DNA of 64,000 nucleotides from Parcubacteria group bacterium (GTDB lineage Bacteria; Patescibacteriota; Minisyncoccia; Phycocordibacterales; Phycocordibacteraceae). The notes below the pieces were generated by a model. That model was not told where the DNA came from. It saw nothing but the letters and a program-made list of their open reading frames with translations, and searched no databases. Both the position numbers and the translations under genes were made by a program. This document shows, in pieces, positions 36,480 to 45,308 of the stretch (the stretch's first letter is position 1; every line of letters starts with the position of its first letter). The DNA is taken from NCBI GenBank assembly GCA_028286605.1, contig JAQBRE010000002.1, forward strand, positions 262,011 through 326,010, in the 5' to 3' direction.

Positions 36480-36864
36480 ATTTACTCTTACCCGCTGTCA
36501 TAATTGAGTAGAAATGCTTTTGTCCTTTGTTCATTTGGCGTATAACTGCTTTAACAAGTATTCCGTCCTTTACCTTCTTAAGAGTCCAGTACTCTGTAAC
36601 TGAACCATTAAGAACATTTTTCCTATACTCAAGCTCAGTCTTTGGGTCAGTAATTATATCTGTAATATAAGATACAAGAGAAAACCGTCGCACTTGTTCG
36701 CTATAGGAACGCATGACCTGCTTTCGAATCAAATGGCGAAACCCAATGTTGTTGAAGTGGATATACTCATTGTTTAAGACGGGACAGCGCATCTTTTTAA
36801 TCTTTTTGTAATCCTTCAAGGCTCGGTTTTTTATCTCTTCGTAGTTTTCCGAGTCTGAGTGCAT
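36478..36864 (-). CDS. Hypothetical protein (orphan, AT-rich)
   Basis: 128 aa, Lys-rich; no motif recognised. Confidence 0.45.
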   Translation of the reverse strand: MHSDSENYEEIKNRALKDYKKIKKMRCPVLNNEYIHFNNIGFRHLIRKQVMRSYSEQVRRFSLVSYITDIITDPKTELEYRKNVLNGSVTEYWTLKKVKDGILVKAVIRQMNKGQKHFYSIMTAGKSK

Positions 36865-37013
36865 TTATTTAATTTTCTCAGCACTCAATCAAAATCTGTC
36901 TATTTTAGAAGCTGTACAAGCTTTTATCTCTTCAGTTTTTCTTTATCTTTTCTTTAAAACTCCTTGATGGGTAAAAGCGTATAGTATGGGTGTTCTGATA
37001 TATAATCTTCTAT

Positions 37014-37748
37014 ATGGAACGAACTTACGTAATGACCAATCATGATCTAGTGCTAGATGGAACAGGGAAGCGCTATGAGTTGCGCGTCCGTGATTTGCCG
37101 AACGAGGAGAAGCCGCGCGAGCGATTAGCCGCTGAAGGGCCGAACGCACTCTCAGTACGAGAACTTCTGGCAATCGTGCTTACAACCGGTACGAAGAAGG
37201 AAGAAGTGCTCGCCATGACCACACGCATTGTAAACGAGTATGGCGATCGTAATATTCTTATGGCCACGGACGCGAAAGCGCTTTCAGCCGATCTCGACAT
37301 TCCGATCGTAAAGGCAATGCAGATAGTTGCCGTGGGTGAGCTTGGTCGTCGCTTTTTCCGCAAGCAGAAAAATGGCGCAGCAATCATTCGCACTGCACGA
37401 GATGTGTACGACTACACTATCGACATGCGTGCTCTGCCGAAAGAGCATCTTCGCGGCCTGTACCTGGACGCACACTACCAAGTCATTCATGATGAAACTC
37501 TTTCTATCGGTACGATCGATGCAAATCTGATTCACCCACGTGAGGTATTTCGTCCAGCGCTTGCTCATGCTGCCGCTGCCGTCGTACTGGTACACAATCA
37601 TCCTTCTGGCATCGTTACGCCGAGCGAAGCAGATTGCGTCGTAACTCAGCAGATTGCCGCAGCAGGGAAGATCGTCGGCATCGATCTTGTGGATCATGTG
37701 GTTATTACGGAAGACAGCTTTATAAGTATTCCCGTTGAATTCATATGA
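37014..37748 (+). CDS. radC: RadC-like JAB/MPN domain protein
   Basis: JAMM motif HNHPSG plus an N-terminal HhH-like segment (LLAIVLTTGTKKEEVL). Confidence 0.8.
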   Translation: MERTYVMTNHDLVLDGTGKRYELRVRDLPNEEKPRERLAAEGPNALSVRELLAIVLTTGTKKEEVLAMTTRIVNEYGDRNILMATDAKALSADLDIPIVKAMQIVAVGELGRRFFRKQKNGAAIIRTARDVYDYTIDMRALPKEHLRGLYLDAHYQVIHDETLSIGTIDANLIHPREVFRPALAHAAAAVVLVHNHPSGIVTPSEADCVVTQQIAAAGKIVGIDLVDHVVITEDSFISIPVEFI

Positions 37749-38053
37749 CTACATCACATATCCAATCCACCACCCGCACCTACGCACGCAGCTCTTATTC
37801 AAATGCTGTCGTATGCGGTTCACGCAACGCAACGCAATTCTATATCTACGACCGTTCGGCGTGGGAGACATTCGAGCCCGCAGACTTGCCGGAATATCTC
37901 ACCGAAGGTGCTGAGAAAGCCGCAGCTCATTTAGAGCGTATTGCCTATCTTGATCATCCGTACACGGAACAAGATGAACAGAATCTACGTTTTATGGTTG
38001 AAGCACTCTTACAGGCACGTCGTGCAGCTGATGAATTGATATCTACGCGCTAG
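37745..38053 (+). CDS. Hypothetical protein overlapping the radC stop (ATGA)
   Basis: 102 aa ORF; no motif recognised. Confidence 0.4.
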   Translation: MTTSHIQSTTRTYARSSYSNAVVCGSRNATQFYIYDRSAWETFEPADLPEYLTEGAEKAAAHLERIAYLDHPYTEQDEQNLRFMVEALLQARRAADELISTR

Positions 38054-40076
38054 TTTCGTCAGCCGATAAAATAGGCAAGTGAATAGTCATGATTGTCCCG
38101 TTACCGAGGATGCTTTCGGTTTCAATTCGACCCCCATGTCGTTCGACAATTCGCTTCGTTATAGCAAGGCCGATTCCTGAACCCTGTGCATCTTGTGCTC
38201 GATAGAAACGTTCGAAGATATGAGGAAGGCGTTCTTCGCCGATGCCTATACCAGTGTCTTTTATAGAAATTTCTACGCTGTCATTGTTGCGCACGAGCTG
38301 GATATGAATATTCCGCACAGGACATCCTGCGGTATACCGTACTGCATTACTGAGAATGTTTGTTATTGCTTCTTCGATTTGTCTCTTATTGCCGTCTAGA
38401 TATATCTCAGGCGCTATATTCGCGCTGAATTGAATCTCATTGTTCACGCATATGACATGGACATATTCAACGATTCGCTCAATGCTCTCGCTCAGGTTGA
38501 ATGACATCGGAGCATCAGATCCTGGCAGAGACTCAATGCGTGCAAGAGCCAAAAGATTGCTGGTGAGGCGAGACAATTCTTCAATGCTGCGTGTCGCCAT
38601 AGAAACATGCCGATGTTGATCTGCCGGAATATTCTTCGTAACTATCTCTATAGTACTGGTAAGTACGGTGAGCGGAGTTTGGAGTGCGTGCGATATGTCG
38701 TCAATGAATTCACGCTGACTTGTCCGAAGCTCTTCAAGATGCCGGGTGCGTTCCTGAACCTTATCTTCAAGATTGTCTGAATGCTGTTTGAGTTGCTCAT
38801 ACAGCTCTGCCTTTTCAAGCGCAACAGTCGCTTGGTTCGCGAACGTTCGTAATAAAGCTCGATCTTCTTTCGTATACGGATCTCCTGAGCGCTTTTGCCA
38901 CAGAAGAAATTCACCCAGGGTTCGTCCTTGCGAATATATCGGAATGATAAGGCCGCGGTGATCAGGCAGTATCGTTTCAAAAGGAAGAGCATAATCGCCG
39001 CTCATGTCATACCGTTTTCCGGTCTTCAAGTAATGGAACTCAATCCGATCTGGTTTTAAGATTCGGCTAAGCATGTGCAGGCTCCGGGCGATAAGCTGAG
39101 GAATACGGACGGTGGTATTAAGAACACCACCCAGTTCCTCAAGTGCGATTGAATACTCATATACATCCTTAAAGAAGAAACGATCGGTCTGCTTCCGAAA
39201 ATATGCTTCAATATGCGGTGCGCCGAATATCCCCACTATCACCGTCACCGTTCCTATTAGGAATTCCAATGCATCTGAATTAATTCGAAACAGGTACGCA
39301 AGGATGAATAAAAGAAGAAGATAAACACTTAAAAAGCTTCCAAGTAGCAAGCTATAAATAAGTCCGCGACGAATGAGCGGAGTAACGTCTAAGAATCGGT
39401 GGCGTACCATCGCATAGGTGCTGCATCCAACCATAATTATTGAAAACAGCGGCGCTATTTTGGAAGCATTAATAAGTGCAGGAATGAAATATGGCAGTAG
39501 TGCGGCACATATGATCACAAGGCTTAGAAAGGCTAACCAGCCGATAATGATCAATACGGCTTGATCACGAACGACCGTGCGTCCAGCCCTGCGAGCCGTC
39601 TTTACGAGTTCAGTGACGCCAAATCCAGCGATCAGGAGGCCGAGCAAGCTGAAGGGAATATAGAGAAATCCGAAGGTGAGATCATTCAACCCTGCGCTGC
39701 CAAGGACTGCATCAGAAAATACAAGATTACTCCCAATCGTTATGCCGATCATGATAAAAGAAGCTAGCGACACAAGGAAGAAGTACGGAGTAATACGTAT
39801 TTTTCGTGTCTGGGCGAAGGTTAGTGTAAAGACATAGAATACAAATATGTATCCGAGTGCGAAGCTGAAAAGCGCGCGCATCCAGAACAGTGCTTCTGCG
39901 CCCGTCGCACTTTCATCGATTGCGTAATTCGCTATTGTCCACAGGATGATTAGTCCGACCATCGTTAGAAATAGTCGAGCGTTTATGGTGCGTCTACCAG
40001 CTCGCCACACGAAGGCGGCTAGTATTGCGTTTGCCACTATAGTGACGATAAAAATTGCGCTATTTATGTCGGTCAT
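38043..40076 (-). CDS. Sensor histidine kinase with roughly 10-TM N-terminal sensor domain
   Basis: HisKA box FIDDISHALQTPLT; HATPase_c motifs (NILSNAVRYT, IKDTGIGI, GSGIGLAI). The N-terminal 330 aa is all TM helices with short loops. Confidence 0.85.
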   Translation of the reverse strand: MTDINSAIFIVTIVANAILAAFVWRAGRRTINARLFLTMVGLIILWTIANYAIDESATGAEALFWMRALFSFALGYIFVFYVFTLTFAQTRKIRITPYFFLVSLASFIMIGITIGSNLVFSDAVLGSAGLNDLTFGFLYIPFSLLGLLIAGFGVTELVKTARRAGRTVVRDQAVLIIIGWLAFLSLVIICAALLPYFIPALINASKIAPLFSIIMVGCSTYAMVRHRFLDVTPLIRRGLIYSLLLGSFLSVYLLLLFILAYLFRINSDALEFLIGTVTVIVGIFGAPHIEAYFRKQTDRFFFKDVYEYSIALEELGGVLNTTVRIPQLIARSLHMLSRILKPDRIEFHYLKTGKRYDMSGDYALPFETILPDHRGLIIPIYSQGRTLGEFLLWQKRSGDPYTKEDRALLRTFANQATVALEKAELYEQLKQHSDNLEDKVQERTRHLEELRTSQREFIDDISHALQTPLTVLTSTIEIVTKNIPADQHRHVSMATRSIEELSRLTSNLLALARIESLPGSDAPMSFNLSESIERIVEYVHVICVNNEIQFSANIAPEIYLDGNKRQIEEAITNILSNAVRYTAGCPVRNIHIQLVRNNDSVEISIKDTGIGIGEERLPHIFERFYRAQDAQGSGIGLAITKRIVERHGGRIETESILGNGTIMTIHLPILSADETSA

Positions 40077-40144
40077 AGATTCCTGCTAATGAGGTATTCA
40101 TATAATACGGTGGGCGGTACCTTTCAGGTACCGCCCGTAGTGTC

Positions 40145-40786
40145 TTATTTTATTGCCCATTCTGTTTTTGCAGTACTGTACCGAGAGTACATGTGTTCAG
40201 CGTGTTTTGCTAGTTGGCTTTCAAACTCATCGATCCAAATAATGGAAGGAACTACAATACCTCCGTGATACAGATACGGTGCTGCAAGCGCATGTTGCGT
40301 TCCGAAGAATGTCTCATTGATACGTTCGAATATTCGTGGACTGCCGAGCGATACAAGACCTATCATTCCTTTTGCGCTTGCATAGGCAACTGATTGTATG
40401 ACGGCCTCCGAGAGTACTTGCCGTGCAGGATCAGAACCTCTTGATAAAGAACGGGCTGCAGACACGACACGCGTAGACTCACAGAGCCTCTTAGAAATGC
40501 CTTCAATAGCGAGACGAGGGAAAGCTGATAAGAGCGGAAGGCCGTGAGTCCCCACTATCAGACGAAACGTACCTGCTATCGTTTTTGGCTCTGTTCTCGT
40601 GTACAGAAGGCAATACGCGGCCCTCTCCGTGTCGTATTCATCACTTGGTTCTGCAGCGATCTCCTTACTGATATAGCCTTTTCGCAGATAGGAATCAGCA
40701 ATAAGCGCGAGATGTGCTAAATATTCTGTTGATCGGAAGAGCGCCGATGCGACAAGATATGGCGATATTTGTTCAGGATTATTCAT
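40145..40786 (-). CDS. LuxI-type (autoinducer-synthase-like) GNAT-fold N-acyltransferase
   Basis: By-eye alignment to LasI: YLRKGY / DEYDTERAAYCLLYTR / GTFRLIVGTHGLPLLSAFPRL / CESTRVVS versus FKERKGW / DGYDALSPYYMLIQED / GCWRILDTTGPYMLKNTFPEL / WELSRFAI. The start codon abuts the ThiF stop. Confidence 0.5.
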   Translation of the reverse strand: MNNPEQISPYLVASALFRSTEYLAHLALIADSYLRKGYISKEIAAEPSDEYDTERAAYCLLYTRTEPKTIAGTFRLIVGTHGLPLLSAFPRLAIEGISKRLCESTRVVSAARSLSRGSDPARQVLSEAVIQSVAYASAKGMIGLVSLGSPRIFERINETFFGTQHALAAPYLYHGGIVVPSIIWIDEFESQLAKHAEHMYSRYSTAKTEWAIK

Positions 40787-41743
40787 CTATCGTTCCTTAC
40801 GTTTAACTATGACTTTCATTTCGAACCGTGCTGCGTCGAAGTACCCATATCCTGGAGAAACAGGTATCTGCAGTATCGAACGTTCTGAACCAAACGAAGC
40901 GAGTAGATACAAGAGGACCTGGTTGGCGACAATGCCTGCCGCAACCAAGGGATTAGTTGTAATAATAGAAGCAGTCCCTTCTTTTATAAGACGCTCCATG
41001 ACTTGTGCAGCGGTGTCAGTGGAATAGTTCGGAATAGACGGAATGAAGGCGTTCAAGATTTTTGTAGCCAGAGCAACTCGCTCCACATCGCTGATAGTTC
41101 CCTCGAGCACCGCACGTTCAAGGCGATCTGCTTCTGACAAGCTTAATCCAAGCAATGTCTCGACATGCATACTTTGGGGCGTAAACAGATGCAGATAGGA
41201 GGCAAATCCAACGCTTAATCCATTGAAGATCGCTATGCCACAAGCACGTGCCGCCTGATGCATGTGTATGCAGGAACTGATATTCCAGAACTCAATCTCG
41301 TCGATAATTACATCGGCGCCTTTGATGAATTCGGCAGCCGTGTCGACGGTAATGCCTTGCGGATACACCACCAGACGATAATCATTTGTGATGGCACGCA
41401 TACTCCGAGCCGTTTCAATCGCTTTGGAGCGTCCGATCGTCCCGTCACCACAGGCAGCCTGCCGGTTCATATTCGAGAGCTCGAAGGATTCGGGGTCTGC
41501 AATACGTATCTCTCCTATGCCAAGCCTCACCATCGCTTGCGCGACCAAGCCACCCATCCCGCCTGTTCCTGCAATCGCTACGCAGGTGTTTCTGAGTAAC
41601 GATTGTTCTTCTTTGGTAATCCAGCCGATATTTCTGTTCGTGCGTAATTCATAATAGGTATCACCTCGATCTATCAAGCGTAGCGCGAATGCTGAAGCAG
41701 GTCTGAATTCAGGAACAACATCATATTCTTCAAGCGTGTGCAT
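40787..41743 (-). CDS. ThiF/MoeB/HesA-family (E1-like) adenylyltransferase with roughly 60 aa N-terminal extension
   Basis: Nucleotide-binding IAGTGGMGG and NMNRQ motifs; 318 aa. Confidence 0.85.
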   Translation of the reverse strand: MHTLEEYDVVPEFRPASAFALRLIDRGDTYYELRTNRNIGWITKEEQSLLRNTCVAIAGTGGMGGLVAQAMVRLGIGEIRIADPESFELSNMNRQAACGDGTIGRSKAIETARSMRAITNDYRLVVYPQGITVDTAAEFIKGADVIIDEIEFWNISSCIHMHQAARACGIAIFNGLSVGFASYLHLFTPQSMHVETLLGLSLSEADRLERAVLEGTISDVERVALATKILNAFIPSIPNYSTDTAAQVMERLIKEGTASIITTNPLVAAGIVANQVLLYLLASFGSERSILQIPVSPGYGYFDAARFEMKVIVKRKER

Positions 41744-41772
41744 CTGAACATTTCTTTCGTTGAGTAAGTACC

Positions 41773-41796
41773 GAATGAACAGGAATGAACATTCCT
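41773..41796 (-). promoter_or_regulatory. Tandem direct repeats GAATGAACA (10-bp phase) plus palindrome AGGAATGAACATTCCT in the operon promoter
   Basis: Lies 30-70 bp upstream of the ThiF start and downstream of the OmpR-type regulator gene; its geometry is typical of OmpR/PhoB-family binding sites. Confidence 0.35.
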
Positions 41797-41909
41797 TACC
41801 TATAGTAGTAAATCAGTGGTGATGGGAGCTTAAACAAAAGATAAAGAAAAACTGAAATAATTTACACTTATCCCCTGGCAAATTTTCTCACCCAGCACTC
41901 TGTAGAGAC

Positions 41910-42587
41910 TTATGGAGAGGGGAGATCAATTCGATACCCGCGCCCCGGTACGGTATGAATAAGTTTCTTTCGGTCTGGTCCTTCTATCTTTTTTCGCAAG
42001 CTTAGAATGTGCGATTCGATCGTGTTAGAGAATGGATCGCTCGTCATGTCCCATACGTGTTCCATAATCATTGCGCGTGAAAGCACGCTGCCGCGATTCC
42101 TCATAAGGTATTCCAGCAACATATACTCTTTACGGGTAAGGTATATATCCAAGCCCACGCGCTTTGCAGTTTGTTGCTTGGTATCGAGGGAAAGCGTATC
42201 GATAATAATAATGTCTCCCTCAAGCGCAGGCGGTCTTCGAAGGAGTGCACGTATTCGTGCCATAAGCTCTTCAAATGAGAACGGCTTGATCATATAATCG
42301 TCTGCACCAGCATTCAACAGATCAACCTTTCTCCATGAATCGGAAAGCACAGACAGAATCAAAATCGGCGTCATATTTCCAGTACGCCTAATATCCTCAC
42401 AAACAGCCATGCCATTCTTTTCTGGCAGCATATTATCAAGGATGATCAGGTCATATATATTGGTACGTGCCATGTATGAGCCCTCTATACCATCTTCCGC
42501 TGTGTCTACAGCAAAAGCACGAGCACGCAGATTTTCAGCTAATGTTTCGCGCACGCCACGTTCGTCATCTATTACAAGTGCTCTCAT
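41910..42587 (-). CDS. OmpR/PhoB-family response regulator
   Basis: Receiver domain with the phospho-acceptor Asp (LIILDNMLP) and a winged-helix C-terminus (LTRKEYMLLEYLMRNRG...). Confidence 0.9.
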   Translation of the reverse strand: MRALVIDDERGVRETLAENLRARAFAVDTAEDGIEGSYMARTNIYDLIILDNMLPEKNGMAVCEDIRRTGNMTPILILSVLSDSWRKVDLLNAGADDYMIKPFSFEELMARIRALLRRPPALEGDIIIIDTLSLDTKQQTAKRVGLDIYLTRKEYMLLEYLMRNRGSVLSRAMIMEHVWDMTSDPFSNTIESHILSLRKKIEGPDRKKLIHTVPGRGYRIDLPSP

Positions 42588-42686
42588 GTCGTTATGGTAG
42601 CAATCTGCTTTTCACGCGTTCTCTTTCTGGTGGCAGTTCGGTGGATAACAAGCATGTTTTTGCTGTTAAACAGACACAATCGAGTT

Positions 42687-43271
42687 TCACGTTGATTTCT
42701 TTGACTCGGATATGAAGAAAAACACGAGAGAAATAACAGAACTTATGGCAATGAGATAGGTAAGTGCTACGAGTGCAGTATGAATGTCATGAGACCACGG
42801 CGTACCGATGGTGTAGCCGATAGCGAGATAGGCGACGACGCAGATGCTTTCGCCAGCTGCCGCTGCACCGAAGAACTTGAACAGGTTCATGCGCGTGAGC
42901 CCGGCGAGCGCATTCACCGGCATGCTCGTGAAGCCGATGAAACGAGATACGGCAACCACGAGAGTCGGATGTTTCCTGAAGTTCCGTTCTATAACGCCTG
43001 CGTAGCGATTCTTATTCACGAACTCCAGATACTTCTCTTTTTTCCCGACCCAGCGCGTTATGCCGTACGTGATAGCGTCATCTACCAAACTAGCCAAGAG
43101 CGCCACGATGAACGAAAGGGTGAGTGTAAAGAAGTGGTGATGGTGCGAAAGGACGCCGACGGCGATCAGCATCACGCCTGCAGGAACCGGCACGTAGGTC
43201 CCACCCAGAAGCACGAAAATAAATAGGGCAACGTACCCATATTGTGAAAGAAGTTGTAAGAACATCGCCAT
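42687..43271 (-). CDS. DedA/SNARE-associated family membrane protein
   Basis: FVLLGGTYVPVPAGVMLIAVG is a DedA-type motif; 194 aa. Confidence 0.65.
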   Translation of the reverse strand: MAMFLQLLSQYGYVALFIFVLLGGTYVPVPAGVMLIAVGVLSHHHHFFTLTLSFIVALLASLVDDAITYGITRWVGKKEKYLEFVNKNRYAGVIERNFRKHPTLVVAVSRFIGFTSMPVNALAGLTRMNLFKFFGAAAAGESICVVAYLAIGYTIGTPWSHDIHTALVALTYLIAISSVISLVFFFISESKKST

Positions 43272-43335
43272 ACAGATTGATAGAGTGTAGCATTTTGCTT
43301 CTTGGTAAGAGAGTGAAGAGGCGATTATTGACTAT

Positions 43336-43349
43336 CGAACAAATGTTCG
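43336..43349 (+). promoter_or_regulatory. SOS (LexA) box CGAACAAATGTTCG
   Basis: Perfect CGAAC-N4-GTTCG palindrome about 15 nt upstream of the lexA start. Confidence 0.6.
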
Positions 43350-43363
43350 AGTATACTGTTTGT

Positions 43364-43930
43364 ATGGAAATAAGCCGTCATCGCAAGGTCTTGGGCTTCT
43401 ATCGGAAGAATAAACGCATGCCTTCTATTACGGAGATCATGGCGATCTTCGGGCTCTCTTCGCGTAGCAGTGGTTTTTATGTGATGCAGCAACTAGTTAA
43501 GCAAGGTGTGGCGGAAAAGGATCGCACAGGAAAGCTGGTGCCAGGGCCGGAACTCTTTACGCTGCCAGTGCTTGGGCGAATCCGTGCCGGATTCGCCGCG
43601 CCTGCCGAAGAAGAACTCGCAGATACTATTACGATAGGCGAGTACCTATTGGGTCGCCCCGAAGCAAGTTACCTATTAAAGGTAGAGGGTGATTCGATGC
43701 AGGATGCCGGCATACAGGAAGGCGACATGGTGGTATTCGAGCGTACGAATGATTACAAGCCGGGCGATATCGTCGTGGCGCTCACAGAAGACGGCTACAC
43801 GCTGAAATATCTACGCCGCAAAGACGGGAAGTATTACTTGGAAGCTGCGAACGAGAACTATCCGGATATTCATCCGCGCGAAGGTGAGATCATCGGCGTC
43901 GTCATCTCGACGTTCCGGACCTATTCCTAA
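43364..43930 (+). CDS. lexA: LexA repressor
   Basis: N-terminal winged HTH (PSITEIMAIFGLSSRSSGFYVMQQLVKQGV); S24 peptidase domain with the GDSM Ser motif and catalytic Lys; start at the internal Met (track 43244). Confidence 0.8.
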   Translation: MEISRHRKVLGFYRKNKRMPSITEIMAIFGLSSRSSGFYVMQQLVKQGVAEKDRTGKLVPGPELFTLPVLGRIRAGFAAPAEEELADTITIGEYLLGRPEASYLLKVEGDSMQDAGIQEGDMVVFERTNDYKPGDIVVALTEDGYTLKYLRRKDGKYYLEAANENYPDIHPREGEIIGVVISTFRTYS

Positions 43931-43933
43931 GCT

Positions 43934-45247
43934 ATGTCCGATCTGCTTTCTACGCGATCGTTTCCGCGCGCTATCGTGCATTTCGACGGCGACTCGTTCT
44001 TCGCTTCGGTAGAGCAGCTGATGAATCATGAGCTGCGCGGCAAGCCGGTGATTACGGGCGGCGAGCGTGGTGCGGCAACTTCGCTTTCCTACGAAGCGAA
44101 ACGCATGGGTGCGCACCGCGGCATGAGCATGCGCGAGATAAAGAAGATATGCCCGAATGCAGTCATCGTTTCTTCGGATTATCTTTCGTACTCCATTTAC
44201 GCACGGCGCATGTATGCGATCGTACGTTCGTTCACGCCGGATGTAGAGGAATACAGCATCGACGAATGCTTTGCAGATATCACCGGGTTGCGCCAAAAAT
44301 ATCACATGCCATATGAAAAGATTACCCAGATGATTCAGGCGAAGCTGCTTGCTGATTTAGGATTGAGTTTCAGCGCAGGGCTGGGGCCGAACAAGAGCTT
44401 GGCGAAAGTTGCCTCGAAGTTCCGTAAGCCGGCAGGCTTCACGTCTATTCCTGCAAAAGAAGCACACTTATATTTGAAAGATGTATGGGTGGGGAGCGTG
44501 TGGGGCATGGGCGGCAGCACGAGCCTGTATATGCAGAAGCTCGGCATCAATACGGCGCTCGAGTTCGCGCAGCAGGATGCGCACTGGCTTGAGGTTAACA
44601 AGATAAGCAAGCCGTATCGAGATATCTGGACGGAACTGCGTGGCGGTTTCGTGAAGCAGCTCAATACAGCGAGTGATGATTCTATCGGTTCCATAATGAA
44701 AACGCAGACGTTCACGCCGCCCTCGAGCGACCGCGCCTTCATACTTTCGCAGCTAGCGCGCAATATCGAAGGCGCCTGCATGAAAGCACGCCGGCACGGC
44801 GTGCGCGGGCGCACCTGCTCCTTCTATCTGAAGACGCAGGACTTCACCTATAGCGGCCTTTCGCTCGAGCTCTCATTACCCTTAGCAGATCCGCGCGAGT
44901 TCATGCGGTTAATTGAAGCGGAATTCGATCGCGTGTTCGAAGAAGGTATACTGTATCGCGCCACCGGTTTTACGCTCCGTTCCATAACGGCAGACCACGC
45001 GATCATGAATGATCTCTTCGGCGATAGCGAGAAAGCAGAAGCGAAAGGCAAGATCCTTACGACGCTCGATATTCTTAATCACAAATTCGGAAGCAATACG
45101 GTACATTTCGCCTCGAGCTTCACGGCACGGAAGGATGGCGACGCGCATCAGGAGATGCGTGCGAAGAAGTCCCGTCCGAGAATCAATCTTTCTATAGAGA
45201 AGCGACGCAAGTCTTTGAACATTCCGTATCTTGGCATCGTTCGGTAA
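43934..45247 (+). CDS. dinB: DNA polymerase IV (Y-family)
   Basis: N-terminus IVHFDGDSFFASVEQ; the SIDECFAD catalytic motif; 437 aa. Confidence 0.9.
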   Translation: MSDLLSTRSFPRAIVHFDGDSFFASVEQLMNHELRGKPVITGGERGAATSLSYEAKRMGAHRGMSMREIKKICPNAVIVSSDYLSYSIYARRMYAIVRSFTPDVEEYSIDECFADITGLRQKYHMPYEKITQMIQAKLLADLGLSFSAGLGPNKSLAKVASKFRKPAGFTSIPAKEAHLYLKDVWVGSVWGMGGSTSLYMQKLGINTALEFAQQDAHWLEVNKISKPYRDIWTELRGGFVKQLNTASDDSIGSIMKTQTFTPPSSDRAFILSQLARNIEGACMKARRHGVRGRTCSFYLKTQDFTYSGLSLELSLPLADPREFMRLIEAEFDRVFEEGILYRATGFTLRSITADHAIMNDLFGDSEKAEAKGKILTTLDILNHKFGSNTVHFASSFTARKDGDAHQEMRAKKSRPRINLSIEKRRKSLNIPYLGIVR

Positions 45248-45268
45248 TACCTACGTATAACGAGATAA

Positions 45269-45297
45269 GGAAAGGCCCCGCGAAGCGGGGCCTTTCC
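45269..45297. terminator. Bidirectional intrinsic terminator
   Basis: GGAAAGGCCCCGC-GAAG-CGGGGCCTTTCC. Confidence 0.75.
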
Positions 45298-45308
45298 ACG
45301 TCTATTCT

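Noticed and set aside
37014-41743. RadC (JAB) + ThiF as a bacterial ubiquitin-like conjugation system
   Set aside because: The genes are convergent and separated by the histidine kinase. No ThiS/MoaD-like or E2-like ORF is present. RadC looks like the canonical stand-alone family.
41744-41909. Microcin-C-like precursor peptide upstream of the ThiF gene
   Set aside because: The only tiny ORFs there are 20-25 aa, do not end in Asn, and overlap the ThiF start out of frame.
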